A stretch of 63,861 nucleotides of DNA, filler included, from Octopus bimaculoides (lineage: Eukaryota), in the NCBI RefSeq assembly GCF_001194135.2. It is 7 parts of 6 records of this genome, joined end to end, with 100 filler letters (N's around TTAATTAATTAA, not from the genome) between each part and the next. Parts side by side here need not be neighbours in the genome. Positions count along the whole stretch, not along the records: positions 45,348 to 63,861 come from NC_068991.1; 6 more parts are not named here. One strand, given 5' to 3'. Shown here piece after piece: positions 50,318 through 63,091 of the stretch. Both the position numbers and the translations under genes were made by a program. Under the pieces are notes generated by a model, which did not search any database, had not been told where the DNA came from, and saw only the letters and a program-made list of their open reading frames with translations. Within the stretch, counting starts at the first letter, position 1; the number at the start of each line of letters is the position of its first letter.

Positions 50318-53232
50318 CATAGCTTCCCAAAGTGGGCGATTTCAACTTACAGGTGGACGATGGGTGAATTTCTAGAAAATGTTGGGTGATTTGAGATTTT
50401 GGTGGGCGATATGAACATTTTGTGGGTGACAATGAATCTTTAGAAATTAAATCTGCATTTACTGATATCTAGGCATGCCGAGAATAAGGATGCACTTTTA
50501 TCGATTTGGCATGAGTGTTAAAAAAGCGGACTTGTTTATCGATCGAATATTTTTGTCGCAGTCATTGAAATGGTTGTCATGCGTGCTAAATATAGCAGCC
50601 AAATCGGCCGAGGCCTTAAATCACACTCCACTACAATTTTTTTTTTTTTTTTGCATAATCGTATGAAGTTCCGCGTATAGAATTCAAATTCGCAAAAATT
50701 TCCTGAAAATACCGAAAAATAAAAAAAAGTTACGAGGGAGTTATATGTCGTGCGTAATTCTGTGGTTTCATATCAAAACACAAGTACTATTTTTAGGATG
50801 TTGACAAAATGTGCAGTCACGCACAAAATGACAGCTTTGACATCGTGTTTCTTGACTGGATGAAAATGATCAAACTTTAAACTTCTATAACTTTTTAAAC
50901 ACATTTTTCTGGAAAAAGTTGAATAATTCCAGCAATTTAGCTTGGAAAGGTACATTGATGTGCCAAATTCTAAAATTTTCGATAAACTTTAATTTTTTGA
51001 AATGCTGGCAGCCAAACGAACTAGATCCATATTTGCTCCAGTAAAGACGTATCATCTGATTCTGCTCTATTGACTTCTTCTCTTTCCGAATACCATACTG
51101 CCTTTTTGACGCCGTCTGTAGAAATTCGTTTTCACATTTTCACCTTACTGATGCTTCCAGTCAAGAAAATTTGTCAACAGTACAGTAGTGATTATTTATC
51201 GTTTGGATTCATTCCCTCTCCTTAGAACTGTTAGCTACCAATGTGCCTTCTTTGCCATCAAACATTGACTAACGAAGCAATGAAACCTTCACGCTTGAAG
51301 TATCACTTTGATGCAAAGCATTTTGACAAGAAGGACAAGCCGTTATCATACTTTTTGCAACTGAGCTCCTCTTTCAAAAAGCAAGTACAAACATTCAACA
51401 CGCTACTCCAGGAAACTAGTAAACAGGAGAATGACGGGTTGATTGCATCTTACAACATTGCATTGCTTGTTGCTAAGTCTGTCACACAATTGGAGAAACA
51501 TTACTTCGCCCAGTAATCGAAGAGATTTTGTCCACCGTTATGCACGCAAAACCCAATAATATTATGAAGGAGATCCCACTTAGTAATAACACAATTTTTC
51601 GACGCATCGGTGAAATGGCCAACGATGTCAAACATCAGCTCATTAATATTCTCCAGCGATGATGGTATATGTTCGGTATTTCAGCGAAGATCTTCAACCT
51701 TGTGAGGAAATGCTGTTCACAGAGAAATTGCCGCTTGATTCAAAAGGTGCAACTATTTTTCCCACTCTCAAGTCTTTCCTTTTAGAACATAATATTCCAC
51801 TCAGTAATATTCTTGCCTGTGTGTCTGATGGAGCCCCTTCGATAATAGGAAGATACAGAGGTTTTTCATATCTCCTAAAGCGTGCAATTTCCCACCAGAT
51901 ACTAACAGTTCATTGCTTGGCACACCGGCAGCATTTAGTGGGGAAAATATGAACAGTAGATTGAATGATGCGCTACAGTTAGTTACCAAGACTGTGAACA
52001 AATTGAAGTCCAGTCCCTTGTCTGAATTTTCCGTCAGCTCTGTCTGAGAAATGATGAGGACCATATTAAACTCTTATAACATACCGAAGTGCAATGGCTG
52101 TCAAAAGGAAACTGTGCTTTGTTGAACCGTTTTATATTATATCTTTTTCTTTGAAGATACTCCACAATCCGCTTCTTTGATGGCTGCAAGGTGCGATATC
52201 TTTTTTCTTTGTGATATATTCACAAAATTAAATGATTTGAATAAGTTATTGCAAGGAAACAGAAAACTCTCGTTGATTGTAAATCATTTATTACTACCTT
52301 CATTTCGAAACTGGTGTTGTTTAAGATTAACATTTCAAATGTCAATTCCATCAATTTCCACAACTTGATTCTTTAAAAGATGAATTGGTTGATGAGGATT
52401 TAACATGGTGGAGCGATTTCAGGACGTTATTGCGCTGAATATTCCAAATTAGTATAGCAATCCGTTTGAGATCAATGAAGTCGATTGCAAGGATGATGCT
52501 CAGGAGGAATTGATAGAAGTACAAAATGACAATGACACCACAATGCGATATCGCTGTAATGGCAAAGAAGGTTTGTGGTACCATCAGAGTATATTGAATT
52601 CCTAACCCAATCTGTGGAAACATCTGAAATTACTTTTGCTTGCCTTCCCTACCTCATACTTGGTTGAATCTGGTTTTAACCATGCCGGAACTTTATTTTT
52701 CGATAAAAGAATTGGACTGGATGTGATACAACGAGGAGACTTGCGGTTAAAGTTGACAAGTTTGAAACCGAATGTACCTGCACTGGCTGCATCGCATCAG
52801 ACACATGGTTCTCATTAAAAAGTCTTATTCTTTTCCTTTATAATACAGTCATTAATTATTTTTGCATCGGTAGTTCTGATCAGTGGTTCATTTGGGGAAA
52901 ATGAAAATCGGTGTAAAAGAAAGCGCAAGTTTCCAGAAGTTAATCTGTCTGCATAATATAGAGTTAACATTAGAATTTTATTTACACTAATGGCAAAGCT
53001 AAACCCACCACAAGGGATTTGTAAACAACGGCATATTTAGTCCAAACGGCACTAACAGGGCAACGAGTCTACGATATTGTGTGTGTATCAAATGATACAG
53101 GGATCCTAGGGGATTTTGTCTGGTGGGGGGTTGTGTCAGGGGTTTTTTTTTTACACAGGTGGGTGATGTAGCATTTTTTGGCCAAAAGGTGGGCGATATT
53201 GCAATTTGGTGCGCAAAGTTTGGGAAACACTG
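50318..53232 (+). mobile_element. Full-length decayed hAT transposon, Buster/Charlie type
   Basis: TIRs catagcttcccaaagt / agtttgggaaacactg (12/16); 8-bp TSD ttctatac / atctatat; subterminal ggtgggcgat repeats; transposase remnant inside. Confidence 0.92.
51180..52818 (+). pseudogene. Frame-shifted hAT transposase (ZBED5/SCAND3/Buster-like)
   Basis: BED finger MCLLCHQTLTNEAMKPSRLKYHFDAKH; YVRYF; SDGAPS; HCLAHRQHL; WLSKGNC; AFPTSYLVESGF; RGDLRLKLT..HQTHGSH*. The motif carrying the first catalytic Asp appears deleted near 51660. Confidence 0.92.
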
Positions 53233-53869
53233 ATCTATATCATATTTTGTAGCAGCTTCAAACAGAATGTAACTCCGATTTTTTTTCTTAGCCTAATTAT
53301 AACCTTAGTTTCCTTAAAGAGAAAGGCGAAATTGCTGGTCCCACTTTTCCTATTTCTGAATAAGCATTACGTGTGTGTTCGCATCAGCAGAAAACATTTT
53401 CCCCAAAGTATCATGGGATTGAACTCGAAATTACGTGGTTGCAATGCGAGTGTCTTAATCACACATCCATGACTACGCCCAGATTAACGATTTTTGTTTT
53501 TCAGAAAATAAGTATAACGATAATCTCGACTTGATTTTGCATCAGTCTTTTATGAAATAAAACACCAATTATAAATGAACGAGTTTGCAGTTGTAATTGA
53601 CAATGAATATTAATGTTCTTTTTTCTCCCTTTCTCAATAGACCTATTATTAATATCGATTTAACATGCTTTTCTGTATGACTACAGAGCACGACTGACAT
53701 TAGTCTAGTCACACTAGATACTCTACGTTTCCAGAATAGCAACCAATTTTATTATCTGCACAGGAAATGTCACGTCACGGGTAATAATTAGTACTTCATA
53801 GTTAGGGAAGTAAATACTAACATGCTCAATGTGATGAGCACGATGACTTTAATTAATCTAAGCTACAGC

Positions 53870-54280
53870 TGTTCGTCTTTACGGTTCATCAGCATGGACT
53901 CAGACAAAAAAAGATAGAAAGCAAGCTTGATGGGACCTACGCACGCATGTTACGTGCTGTTCTCAATAAATTATGGAAACAACATCCAACGAAGAAAGAT
54001 CCCTTGTAGAAATACACCCAGTCATACTATCAATCATTCGAGAGAAGAAGACAAGATATGCTGCTCGCTGCTATCGAAGCAAAAATAAATTAGTAAGTTC
54101 CTTCTGTGAGCCCCGAGCCATGGGAATTCTCATATTGGACGACGACCTTGAACGACATATATTGATCAACTTTCTCGTGATGTCAAGTTAGAAATAGAAG
54201 ACCTCAAAATGTCATGGAAGACAGTAATGCTTGCAGAGAAAGAAAGCTTTTGGTCTGGACAACCAGCCCAAAACGATAGA
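53870..54280 (+). mobile_element. RTE-clade ORF2 C-terminal fragment
   Basis: ESKLDGTYARMLRAVLNKLWKQHPTKK...IIRE..TRYAARCYRSKNKLVSS...HIGR..TYIDQL.RD across frameshifts. Confidence 0.82.
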
Positions 54281-54670
54281 CGATAGATACATGTGTCTAG
54301 GAAACGTAAGCATTGTTCAACAATGCTTAAAGAAACCAAACAAAGCAAGGGGCACAACTAAAACTCAAGGCTACATTATAAAAGAGTACAAATCGACCTC
54401 AGTACTTGATTGGTACTGTATTTTATCGAACTTAGAAAGATGAAAGATAAAGATTTACCTCAATAAGATTTGAACTCATAACATAGAGGGTCGTACTAAA
54501 TACCGCTCCATTTTTTTCCCACACTCTAACGATTCAAACAACCTATTTACAGTTTCAAGTACGATATTTGTAATTAATCGAGACCATAGAAATACAACGC
54601 CTACATTTTGTAGAAGACTAATTGGCGCAATGCCATACATTTTTTGATCTAGTTTAGTCGGTTATATTGA

Positions 54671-55273
54671 TTTCAAATTTTGGCACAAGGCCAGCAATTT
54701 AGGGGGAAGGGATAAGTCGATTACATCGACCCCAGTGCTCAACCGGTAGTTATGTTATCCCGAAAGGATGGAAGGCAAAGTCGACCTCGGCGGAATTTGA
54801 ACTCAGAATGTAAAGACAGACGAAATGCCACTCAGCATTTTGCCCGGCATGCTGACGTTTCTTATTTCTTTACTGCCCACAAGGGGCTACACACAGAGGG
54901 GACAAACAAGGACAGACAAACAGATTAAGTCGATTATATCGACTCCAATGCGTAACTGGTACTTATTTAATCGACCCCGAAAGGATGAAAGACAAAGTCG
55001 ACCTCGGCGGAATTTGAACTCACAACGTAAAGACAGACGAAATACTGCTAAGCATTTCGCCCGGCGTGCTAACGTTTCTTATTTCTTATTTCTCTATTGC
55101 CCACAAGGGGCTAAAGATAGAGTGGACAAACAAGGACAGACAAAAGGATTAAGTCGATTACATCGACCCCAATGCGTAACTGGTACTTAATGTATCGACC
55201 CCGAAAGGATGAAAGGCAAAGTCGACCTCGGCCGAATTTGAACTCAGAACGTAACGGCAGACGAAATACTGCT
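54671..55273 (-). mobile_element. Three head-to-tail SINE family E copies
   Basis: Units at about 54671-54862 (tail type 1), 54863-55079 and 55080-55273 (tail type 2). A degenerate fourth copy lies at 54391-54535. Confidence 0.92.
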
Positions 55274-55292
55274 CAAGGACAACAATACATGT

Positions 55293-55464
55293 TCTTTTAT
55301 TCCTCTATTCTTTTAGTTGTTTCAGTCATTTGACTGTGGTCATGTTGGTGTACTGCCTTGAAGTGTTTTAGTCGAACAAATCGACCCCAGGACATATGTT
55401 TTTAAGCCTAGCACTTATTCTGCCGAGCTCTTTTGCCGAACCGCTAGAAAACGGGAACGTAAAC
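55293..55464 (-). mobile_element. SINE family C, 3' end
   Basis: ttgtttcagtcatttgactgtggtcatg...tcgaccccaggac...ttttgccgaaccgcta. Confidence 0.82.
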
Positions 55465-55922
55465 NNNNNNNNNNNNNNNNNNNNNNNNNNNNNNNNNNNN
55501 NNNNNNNNNNNNNNNNNNNNNNNNNNNNNNNNNNNNNNNNNNNNNNNNNNNNNNNNNNNNNNNNNNNNNNNNNNNNNNNNNNNNNNNNNNNNNNNNNNNN
55601 NNNNNNNNNNNNNNNNNNNNNNNNNNNNNNNNNNNNNNNNNNNNNNNNNNNNNNNNNNNNNNNNNNNNNNNNNNNNNNNNNNNNNNNNNNNNNNNNNNNN
55701 NNNNNNNNNNNNNNNNNNNNNNNNNNNNNNNNNNNNNNNNNNNNNNNNNNNNNNNNNNNNNNNNNNNNNNNNNNNNNNNNNNNNNNNNNNNNNNNNNNNN
55801 NNNNNNNNNNNNNNNNNNNNNNNNNNNNNNNNNNNNNNNNNNNNNNNNNNNNNNNNNNNNNNNNNNNNNNNNNNNNNNNNNNNNNNNNNNNNNNNNNNNN
55901 NNNNNNNNNNNNNNNNNNNNNN

Positions 55923-55962
<40 letters not shown>

Positions 55963-56181
55963 GTATGTACGTCTATTTGTATGTTTGTATGTGTATCTGT
56001 GTGTGTTTATACATACATACCTATGTGTTTGGGTGCGTATGTATATGTGTTTGTGTGTGCGTATGTATGTATGCATATGTACGTGTGTTTTTGTGTTTAT
56101 ATGCATTTGTGTGTGTGTACATGTATGTGTGTATGCCCATGTATTTGTGTGTGTGTATATATGTACATACAAGCATACATA

Positions 56182-57037
56182 CGTGGTCTGATCAATAAGT
56201 ATCCGAATTGTTGCCATAGTAATGAAGCTAAAGCTGCTTGGCACAGATTGACTTTGAACTCTGCTGCGCAGGCGCACTAAATTTTAATGTTCTAGCCCAC
56301 TTCCGCTGTTTACAGCAGTGCTTGGAAGAAGATCGTTGCATTGATCATGACAGGGAAAGTTGAACAGAGAATTTGCATAAAATTTTGCCAAAAGCTTGGC
56401 GATACCTGCTCAGAGGCCTACGTAAAATTTTCAAAATGCTTTCATTGTTCTCTACACAATGAAGGAGATTTTGTGCAACTGAAACCCAAATGTCTTTTTG
56501 GTCAGCTGAAAGCAGTTTTGGTGGAAACTAGGTAGACGCGTCTTATACGCAAATCTTCAGTGATAATGGACTGAACTGAACGGTAACTAATCTGCACCTC
56601 CTCCGATATCTCACGGATGGTGATTCGACGATTTCCCCTCACATCTGCATACACACATCTGCAATGTTTTTCTCAGTTCTTCTGGTTGAGGGTCTCCCAG
56701 AACGTTCGTCAATATCGACATTGTTTCGGCCATCTTAGAAACGCCTGAACCACTCGTACATTTGTGTGCGGCTCATACACTCCTCTCTATACACTTTCTG
56801 CAAGCCTTTGAACATGTATCGCCATGACAACTTTCTCTGTCATGGTCAATGCGACGATCACATGCTACACACCTTCCTTCCATGCACTGCTGTAAACAGC
56901 GTAGGTGAGCTACAACGTTAAAACATAGTGTGCATGCACAGCAGAATCCAAGGTCAATCTTTGCCAAGCGGCTTCACTCCGGGTGCTTTAGCTTCGTTAC
57001 TATGGCAACAGTCCGGATACTTATTGATCAGATCTCA
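56182..57037. mobile_element. Mariner-derived element made of two inverted 5' ends
   Basis: Termini ctgatcaataagtatccg on both sides (TA left, TG right). + arm: MTGKVEQRICIKFCQKLG. - arm: MSRTQMYEWFRRF..DERSGRPST..NRRITIREISEEV..SADQK. Confidence 0.88.
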
Positions 57038-57608
57038 TGCATATGTGCGTGTACGTATGTGTATACATACATACGGATGTATGCGTTTGTGTGTTTATGT
57101 GTCTGTGTGTGTATGTGTATGTGTGTTTGTGTAAGTGTATATGTATATGAGTGAAAGTAATTATTATTAAAAATACAAAAGCCATTCACACAGTTTCTAT
57201 GAACGGATGACGGACTACTTCGAAAATGGTTCGATCATTGTGAATAACGATAACAGCCAATATACGAATTAATTTCCCGAACGCAATACAGCTGGTGTAG
57301 ACATGTAACGGCTGGTATATTTGCTTCTGAACCATGAGCTCTGTCCTAGCTCTTATTTTTCGTACTGAATTTGTTTTATTTTTATTATTTCATTTGAGGA
57401 ATGGCCACTTTCGCTCCAAAACCCAGTGGTTCATGCATAACAGTAAGTAGACTTTATATTAATTTGATTTGGTTAACTTTAAGCATTTATGAATATTTTG
57501 CTCAGAATGTATGTTCACATTGTTCATAAAATATCGATAGTTTTTGTATACGTCATCATATATATATATATATGTAAGTATGTATGTATGTATGTGTATG
57601 TGTATGTA

Positions 57609-57658
<50 letters not shown>

Positions 57659-57690
57659 NNNNNNNNNNNNNNNNNNNNNNNNNNNNNNNN

Positions 57691-57744
<54 letters not shown>

Positions 57745-57886
57745 ACACTTGAAAGCTTTGCACATACATAGGTGTTTAAAATGTTGTATGTGTCTGTGGG
57801 TGTGTTACTGTCTTTGAAGAAACAAATGTAAGCATGTCGTTTGAGTACTATATATATATTATGTGTGTGTGTGTATATACACACAC

Positions 57887-57917
<31 letters not shown>

Positions 57918-58131
57918 GTTAATTAAGATTCTGGTAATAACCTTGTTGAATGCTATGCAAAGCTCATCCACTATTATTAGCTACCTGACGTTTTCATACA
58001 ATGGAAATACCTCCTGATAGTGGATATACACTCATAATGATTATGCAACATTTCACTTATATCCTACCGGTGTAAAAATGCATCGAACTATATATGCGTG
58101 TTTGTGTATTTGTGTGTGTATACAGAAAGAT

Positions 58132-58162
<31 letters not shown>

Positions 58163-58599
58163 GAGAAAGATTGATAAGGCACTTGAATATACGTGTGTGA
58201 GTGTGCGTGTATATATTTTAAAGTACACTAAATATCCTATGACTCTTTAGAATTCATCTGCTTTATCCACATTTTCCTTTCGAAACCCCGTCATTAACCA
58301 AATCTTTTCACAACCGGTTTCCCCTTTTTGATTTCTCAATTAGGAAAACAACTTGAATCTGTGTTCGTCCGTCTGACATCCTGTATCACTTGGCCGCTTA
58401 TTCTATGTAACGATTGATCAGTTGCTCAACTCTCGTTGTCAATACGTCTTTTCAATCATTATTCTCCTTTATCTTGACGCCTGCTCTCTCTCTCTTGTCT
58501 CTCTCTCTCCGTCTCAGTTTCTCAGTTTCAACCCGCTCTTACACACACACGCGCACACACAACTGCACGCACACACACACACACACACANNNNNNNNNN

Positions 58600-58685
58600 C
58601 TTGGGCAAGTGTCTTCTACTCTAGCTTCGGTCCAATCAAAGCCTTGTGAGTGGATTTGGTAGACGGGAACTGAAAGAAGCTCGTC

Positions 58686-58720
<35 letters not shown>

Positions 58721-58980
58721 TGTGTGAGTGTGAATGTGTGTGCGTGTGTGAGTGTGAGTGTTTGTGTGTGTGTGAGTGTGTGTGAGTATGTGTGTGTTGT
58801 CCCCTACTATCGCTTGACAACCGATGTTGGTGGGTTTATGTCCCGGTAACTTAGCGATTCGGCAAAAGACACCGATAGAATAAGTACTAGGCTTACAAAG
58901 AATAAATCCTGGAGTTGATTTCTTCGACTACAGGTAGTGCTCCAGCATGGCCACAGTCAAATGACTGAAGCAAAAATGAA
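58600..58980 (+). mobile_element. SINE family C with long internal (TG)n
   Basis: cttgggcaagtgtcttctactctagc...ataagtactaggcttacaaagaataa...gctccagcatggccacagtcaaatgactgaa. Confidence 0.88.
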
Positions 58981-59115
58981 AGAGCATATTCTTATTCTAT
59001 TGGTCTCTTATGCCTTACCGCTAAACTCACTAAGTTCAAATTTGCTACTACCACCGAGATCTGCACCCGCGGTTGGCTTCATCCGGGCTCGCGGCGCCCT
59101 CCTATCAAATTCAAG

Positions 59116-59147
<32 letters not shown>

Positions 59148-59965
59148 TATATANNNNNNNNNNNNNNNNNNNNNNNNNNNNNNNNNNNNNNNNNNNNNNN
59201 NNNNNNNNNNNNNNNNNNNNNNNNNNNNNNNNNNNNNNNNNNNNNNNNNNNNNNNNNNNNNNNNNNNNNNNNNNNNNNNNNNNNNNNNNNNNNNNNNNNN
59301 NNNNNNNNNNNNNNNNNNNNNNNNNNNNNNNNNNNNNNNNNNNNNNNNNNNNNNNNNNNNNNNNNNNNNNNNNNNNNNNNNNNNNNNNNNNNNNNNNNNN
59401 NNNNNNNNNNNNNNNNNNNNNNNNNNNNNNNNNNNNNNNNNNNNNNNNNNNNNNNNNNNNNNNNNNNNNNNNNNNNNNNNNNNNNNNNNNNNNNNNNNNN
59501 NNNNNNNNNNNNNNNNNNNNNNNNNNNNNNNNNNNNNNNNNNNNNNNNNNNNNNNNNNNNNNNNNNNNNNNNNNNNNNNNNNNNNNNNNNNNNNNNNNNN
59601 NNNNNNNNNNNNNNNNNNNNNNNNNNNNNNNNNNNNNNNNNNNNNNNNNNNNNNNNNNNNNNNNNNNNNNNNNNNNNNNNNNNNNNNNNNNNNNNNNNNN
59701 NNNNNNNNNNNNNNNNNNNNNNNNNNNNNNNNNNNNNNNNNNNNNNNNNNNNNNNNNNNNNNNNNNNNNNNNNNNNNNNNNNNNNNNNNNNNNNNNNNNN
59801 NNNNNNNNNNNNNNNNNNNNNNNNNNNNNNNNNNNNNNNNNNNNNNNNNNNNNNNNNNNNNNNNNNNNNNNNNNNNNNNNNNNNNNNNNNNNNNNNNNNN
59901 NNNNNNNNNNNNNNNNNNNNNNNNNNNNNNNNNNNNNNNNNNNNNNNNNNNNNNNNNNNNNNNNN

Positions 59966-60011
<46 letters not shown>

Positions 60012-60348
60012 ATACACACACACACACACACACATTTATCATGTCTTTGCATGTATATGTTTCTGCGTGTGTATGTTTACAAAGCAGCTCTTTTATTTTA
60101 ACGTTTTTTATGTCAAGTATTTCTTAACGCATACATTATCTTCTTAACATGTTTTCGTAGAGATCTTTTTATTGAATTTATGTCCATTTTTATGCATATC
60201 ATATTTTCTCCATTTTAATCTCTCGTTCATCTGTTCACGAAACTCCAGCCTTCTACTACAAATTCTTCCTCCTCTCCTTTTTAATTTTACACTTCTTCTT
60301 TCTTCTCTTACTCTTCCTTCATGACAACTTGCATATTTATTCTTATTA

Positions 60349-60532
60349 GGCGCAGGCGTGGTTGTGTGCTGAGAAGCTTGCTTCTCAACCACCTGCTTTC
60401 AGGTTCAGTCCCATTGCGTGACACCTTCGGCAAGTGTCTTCTTCTATAGCCTGGGGCCGGCCTAGAGCTTTGTGTATGGATTTGGTAGACGGAAACTGAC
60501 GGATTTGGTAGACGGAAACTCGTCGTGTATAT
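60349..60532 (+). mobile_element. SINE family C, 5' half with an internal tandem duplication
   Basis: Head ggcgcaggcgtggttgtgtgctgagaagcttgc; ggatttggtagacggaaact occurs twice. Confidence 0.82.
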
Positions 60533-60574
60533 GTGTCCATGCTGGACTGCTGAAATCTACAAGTTATTTTTCAT

Positions 60575-60730
60575 TCTCTCTCTTTCTATTTTCTCTTATT
60601 CCTTTCTGTTGAAGAGTGTAGGCTCGAAACGTAAAAGACTTTTTCACTTTTCTCGTGCGTCAAACTAATGCAGTTGCTTGTTGTTCATACACCTGTCTTC
60701 TTTTGTTTTTTCTATAAAATTCAACTATAT
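60575..60730 (+). mobile_element. Penelope-like terminal repeat fragment
   Basis: ttgaagagtgtaggctcgaaacgtaaaagac is a degenerate hammerhead-like motif of the kind seen in PLE terminal repeats. Confidence 0.45.
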
Positions 60731-61402
60731 NNNNNNNNNNNNNNNNNNNNNNNNNNNNNNNNNNNNNNNNNNNNNNNNNNNNNNNNNNNNNNNNNNNNNN
60801 NNNNNNNNNNNNNNNNNNNNNNNNNNNNNNNNNNNNNNNNNNNNNNNNNNNNNNNNNNNNNNNNNNNNNNNNNNNNNNNNNNNNNNNNNNNNNNNNNNNN
60901 NNNNNNNNNNNNNNNNNNNNNNNNNNNNNNNNNNNNNNNNNNNNNNNNNNNNNNNNNNNNNNNNNNNNNNNNNNNNNNNNNNNNNNNNNNNNNNNNNNNN
61001 NNNNNNNNNNNNNNNNNNNNNNNNNNNNNNNNNNNNNNNNNNNNNNNNNNNNNNNNNNNNNNNNNNNNNNNNNNNNNNNNNNNNNNNNNNNNNNNNNNNN
61101 NNNNNNNNNNNNNNNNNNNNNNNNNNNNNNNNNNNNNNNNNNNNNNNNNNNNNNNNNNNNNNNNNNNNNNNNNNNNNNNNNNNNNNNNNNNNNNNNNNNN
61201 NNNNNNNNNNNNNNNNNNNNNNNNNNNNNNNNNNNNNNNNNNNNNNNNNNNNNNNNNNNNNNNNNNNNNNNNNNNNNNNNNNNNNNNNNNNNNNNNNNNN
61301 NNNNNNNNNNNNNNNNNNNNNNNNNNNNNNNNNNNNNNNNNNNNNNNNNNNNNNNNNNNNNNNNNNNNNNNNNNNNNNNATATATATATATATATATATA
61401 CA

Positions 61403-61616
61403 GTGGAGGCACGTGGCGTAGTGGTGGTTAGGGTGTCAGCATCATGATCGTAAGATTGTAGTTTCGATTCCTGGACCAGGCGTTGCTTCTGTCCACTCAG
61501 CTGGCAAAAATAAGTAACGCTGCGATGGACTGGCGTCCCGTCCAGCTGGGAAACACATACGCCATTGAAACCGGGAAACCGGGCCCATGAGCCTGGCTAG
61601 GCTTTAAAAGGGCGCA
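61403..61616 (+). mobile_element. SINE family D with internal deletion
   Basis: Reverse complement aligns to 29028-29264; ctgcgatggactggcgtcccgtccag at 61520-61545. Confidence 0.85.
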
Positions 61617-61801
61617 AGTGAAGGTGCAATGGTCCAGTGATATACATATATATAGCAAAAAAGGGGCATAATAAAGTGCAACACACAATCAAAAACCGGG
61701 CTCAGGAGTGGATTCCACATTCCACTACATTATCTAGCCTGTCTTGAGATCGATGTCTCACGTTGTACTGCAACAACGGTCATTGAATTTACTGCGGGCC
61801 A

Positions 61802-61887
61802 CTGATGAAGTAAGTGTCTATTATTGCATAATGTTTGTATAACTGTTATGTAACTATTTCAGCATTTTGATGAAACGTGTATACGTC
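61802..61887 (+). ncRNA. Hammerhead-like core with degenerate stems
   Basis: CTGATGA...GAAACG-TGTATA-CGTC. Stem III is 3 bp; stems I and II pair poorly. Confidence 0.35.
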
Positions 61888-61974
61888 CCATAAAGCATTG
61901 AGTAACATACCTCTATTCTGTTTATTACATACATACATACATACATAATACAAACGCACACACACACAAACGTA

Positions 61975-62021
<47 letters not shown>

Positions 62022-62713
62022 NNNNNNNNNNNNNNNNNNNNNNNNNNNNNNNNNNNNNNNNNNNNNNNNNNNNNNNNNNNNNNNNNNNNNNNNNNNNNNN
62101 NNNNNNNNNNNNNNNNNNNNNNNNNNNNNNNNNNNNNNNNNNNNNNNNNNNNNNNNNNNNNNNNNNNNNNNNNNNNNNNNNNNNNNNNNNNNNNNNNNNN
62201 NNNNNNNNNNNNNNNNNNNNNNNNNNNNNNNNNNNNNNNNNNNNNNNNNNNNNNNNNNNNNNNNNNNNNNNNNNNNNNNNNNNNNNNNNNNNNNNNNNNN
62301 NNNNNNNNNNNNNNNNNNNNNNNNNNNNNNNNNNNNNNNNNNNNNNNNNNNNNNNNNNNNNNNNNNNNNNNNNNNNNNNNNNNNNNNNNNNNNNNNNNNN
62401 NNNNNNNNNNNNNNNNNNNNNNNNNNNNNNNNNNNNNNNNNNNNNNNNNNNNNNNNNNNNNNNNNNNNNNNNNNNNNNNNNNNNNNNNNNNNNNNNNNNN
62501 NNNNNNNNNNNNNNNNNNNNNNNNNNNNNNNNNNNNNNNNNNNNNNNNNNNNNNNNNNNNNNNNNNNNNNNNNNNNNNNNNNNNNNNNNNNNNNNNNNNN
62601 NNNNNNNNNNNNNNNNNNNNNNNNNNNNNNNNNNNNNNNNNNNNNNNNNNNNNNNNNNNNNNNNNNNNNNNNNNNNNNNNNNNNNNNNNNNNNNNNNNNN
62701 NNNNNNNNNNNNN

Positions 62714-63091
62714 TCTACAGCTGCATACATAGGTTCAACTAAAAATTTCAAGCAACGCTATGCAGCCCACCTTCACTATTTTAGATATGACAAACACAGC
62801 AAATCTACAACACTAGCCAACCACATTCACTACCTCAAAAACACAAATACCCAGTATACTTTAACATGGTCCATTCTGGACTCTGGAATTCCATACCAAG
62901 GCCAGCGCTCTAATTGCAAGCTTTGCTTGAAGGAGGCGTTCCATATTTTAAAATACAATTCTCCCACACTACTTAATCGATATAACGAATCACTTAGCAC
63001 CTGTAATCACCGTTTCTTCCATACATTCAAATTCTATCACAGACACAAATGCACAAATGACCACGCAGCGTACTCCCACAACTGCCCATAA
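62714..63091 (+). mobile_element. Penelope-like element GIY-YIG endonuclease, C-terminal half, uninterrupted frame
   Basis: YIGSTKNFKQRYAAHLHYF..STTLANHIHYLK..TWSILD..PY..CKLCLKEAFHI..LLNR..STCNHR..* is stop-free from the gap edge and absent from the ORF track. Confidence 0.9.

Noticed and set aside
54671-55273. CRISPR-like or satellite array
   Set aside because: The units are about 200-bp SINE copies with no unique spacers, and there are no cas genes in this eukaryotic context.
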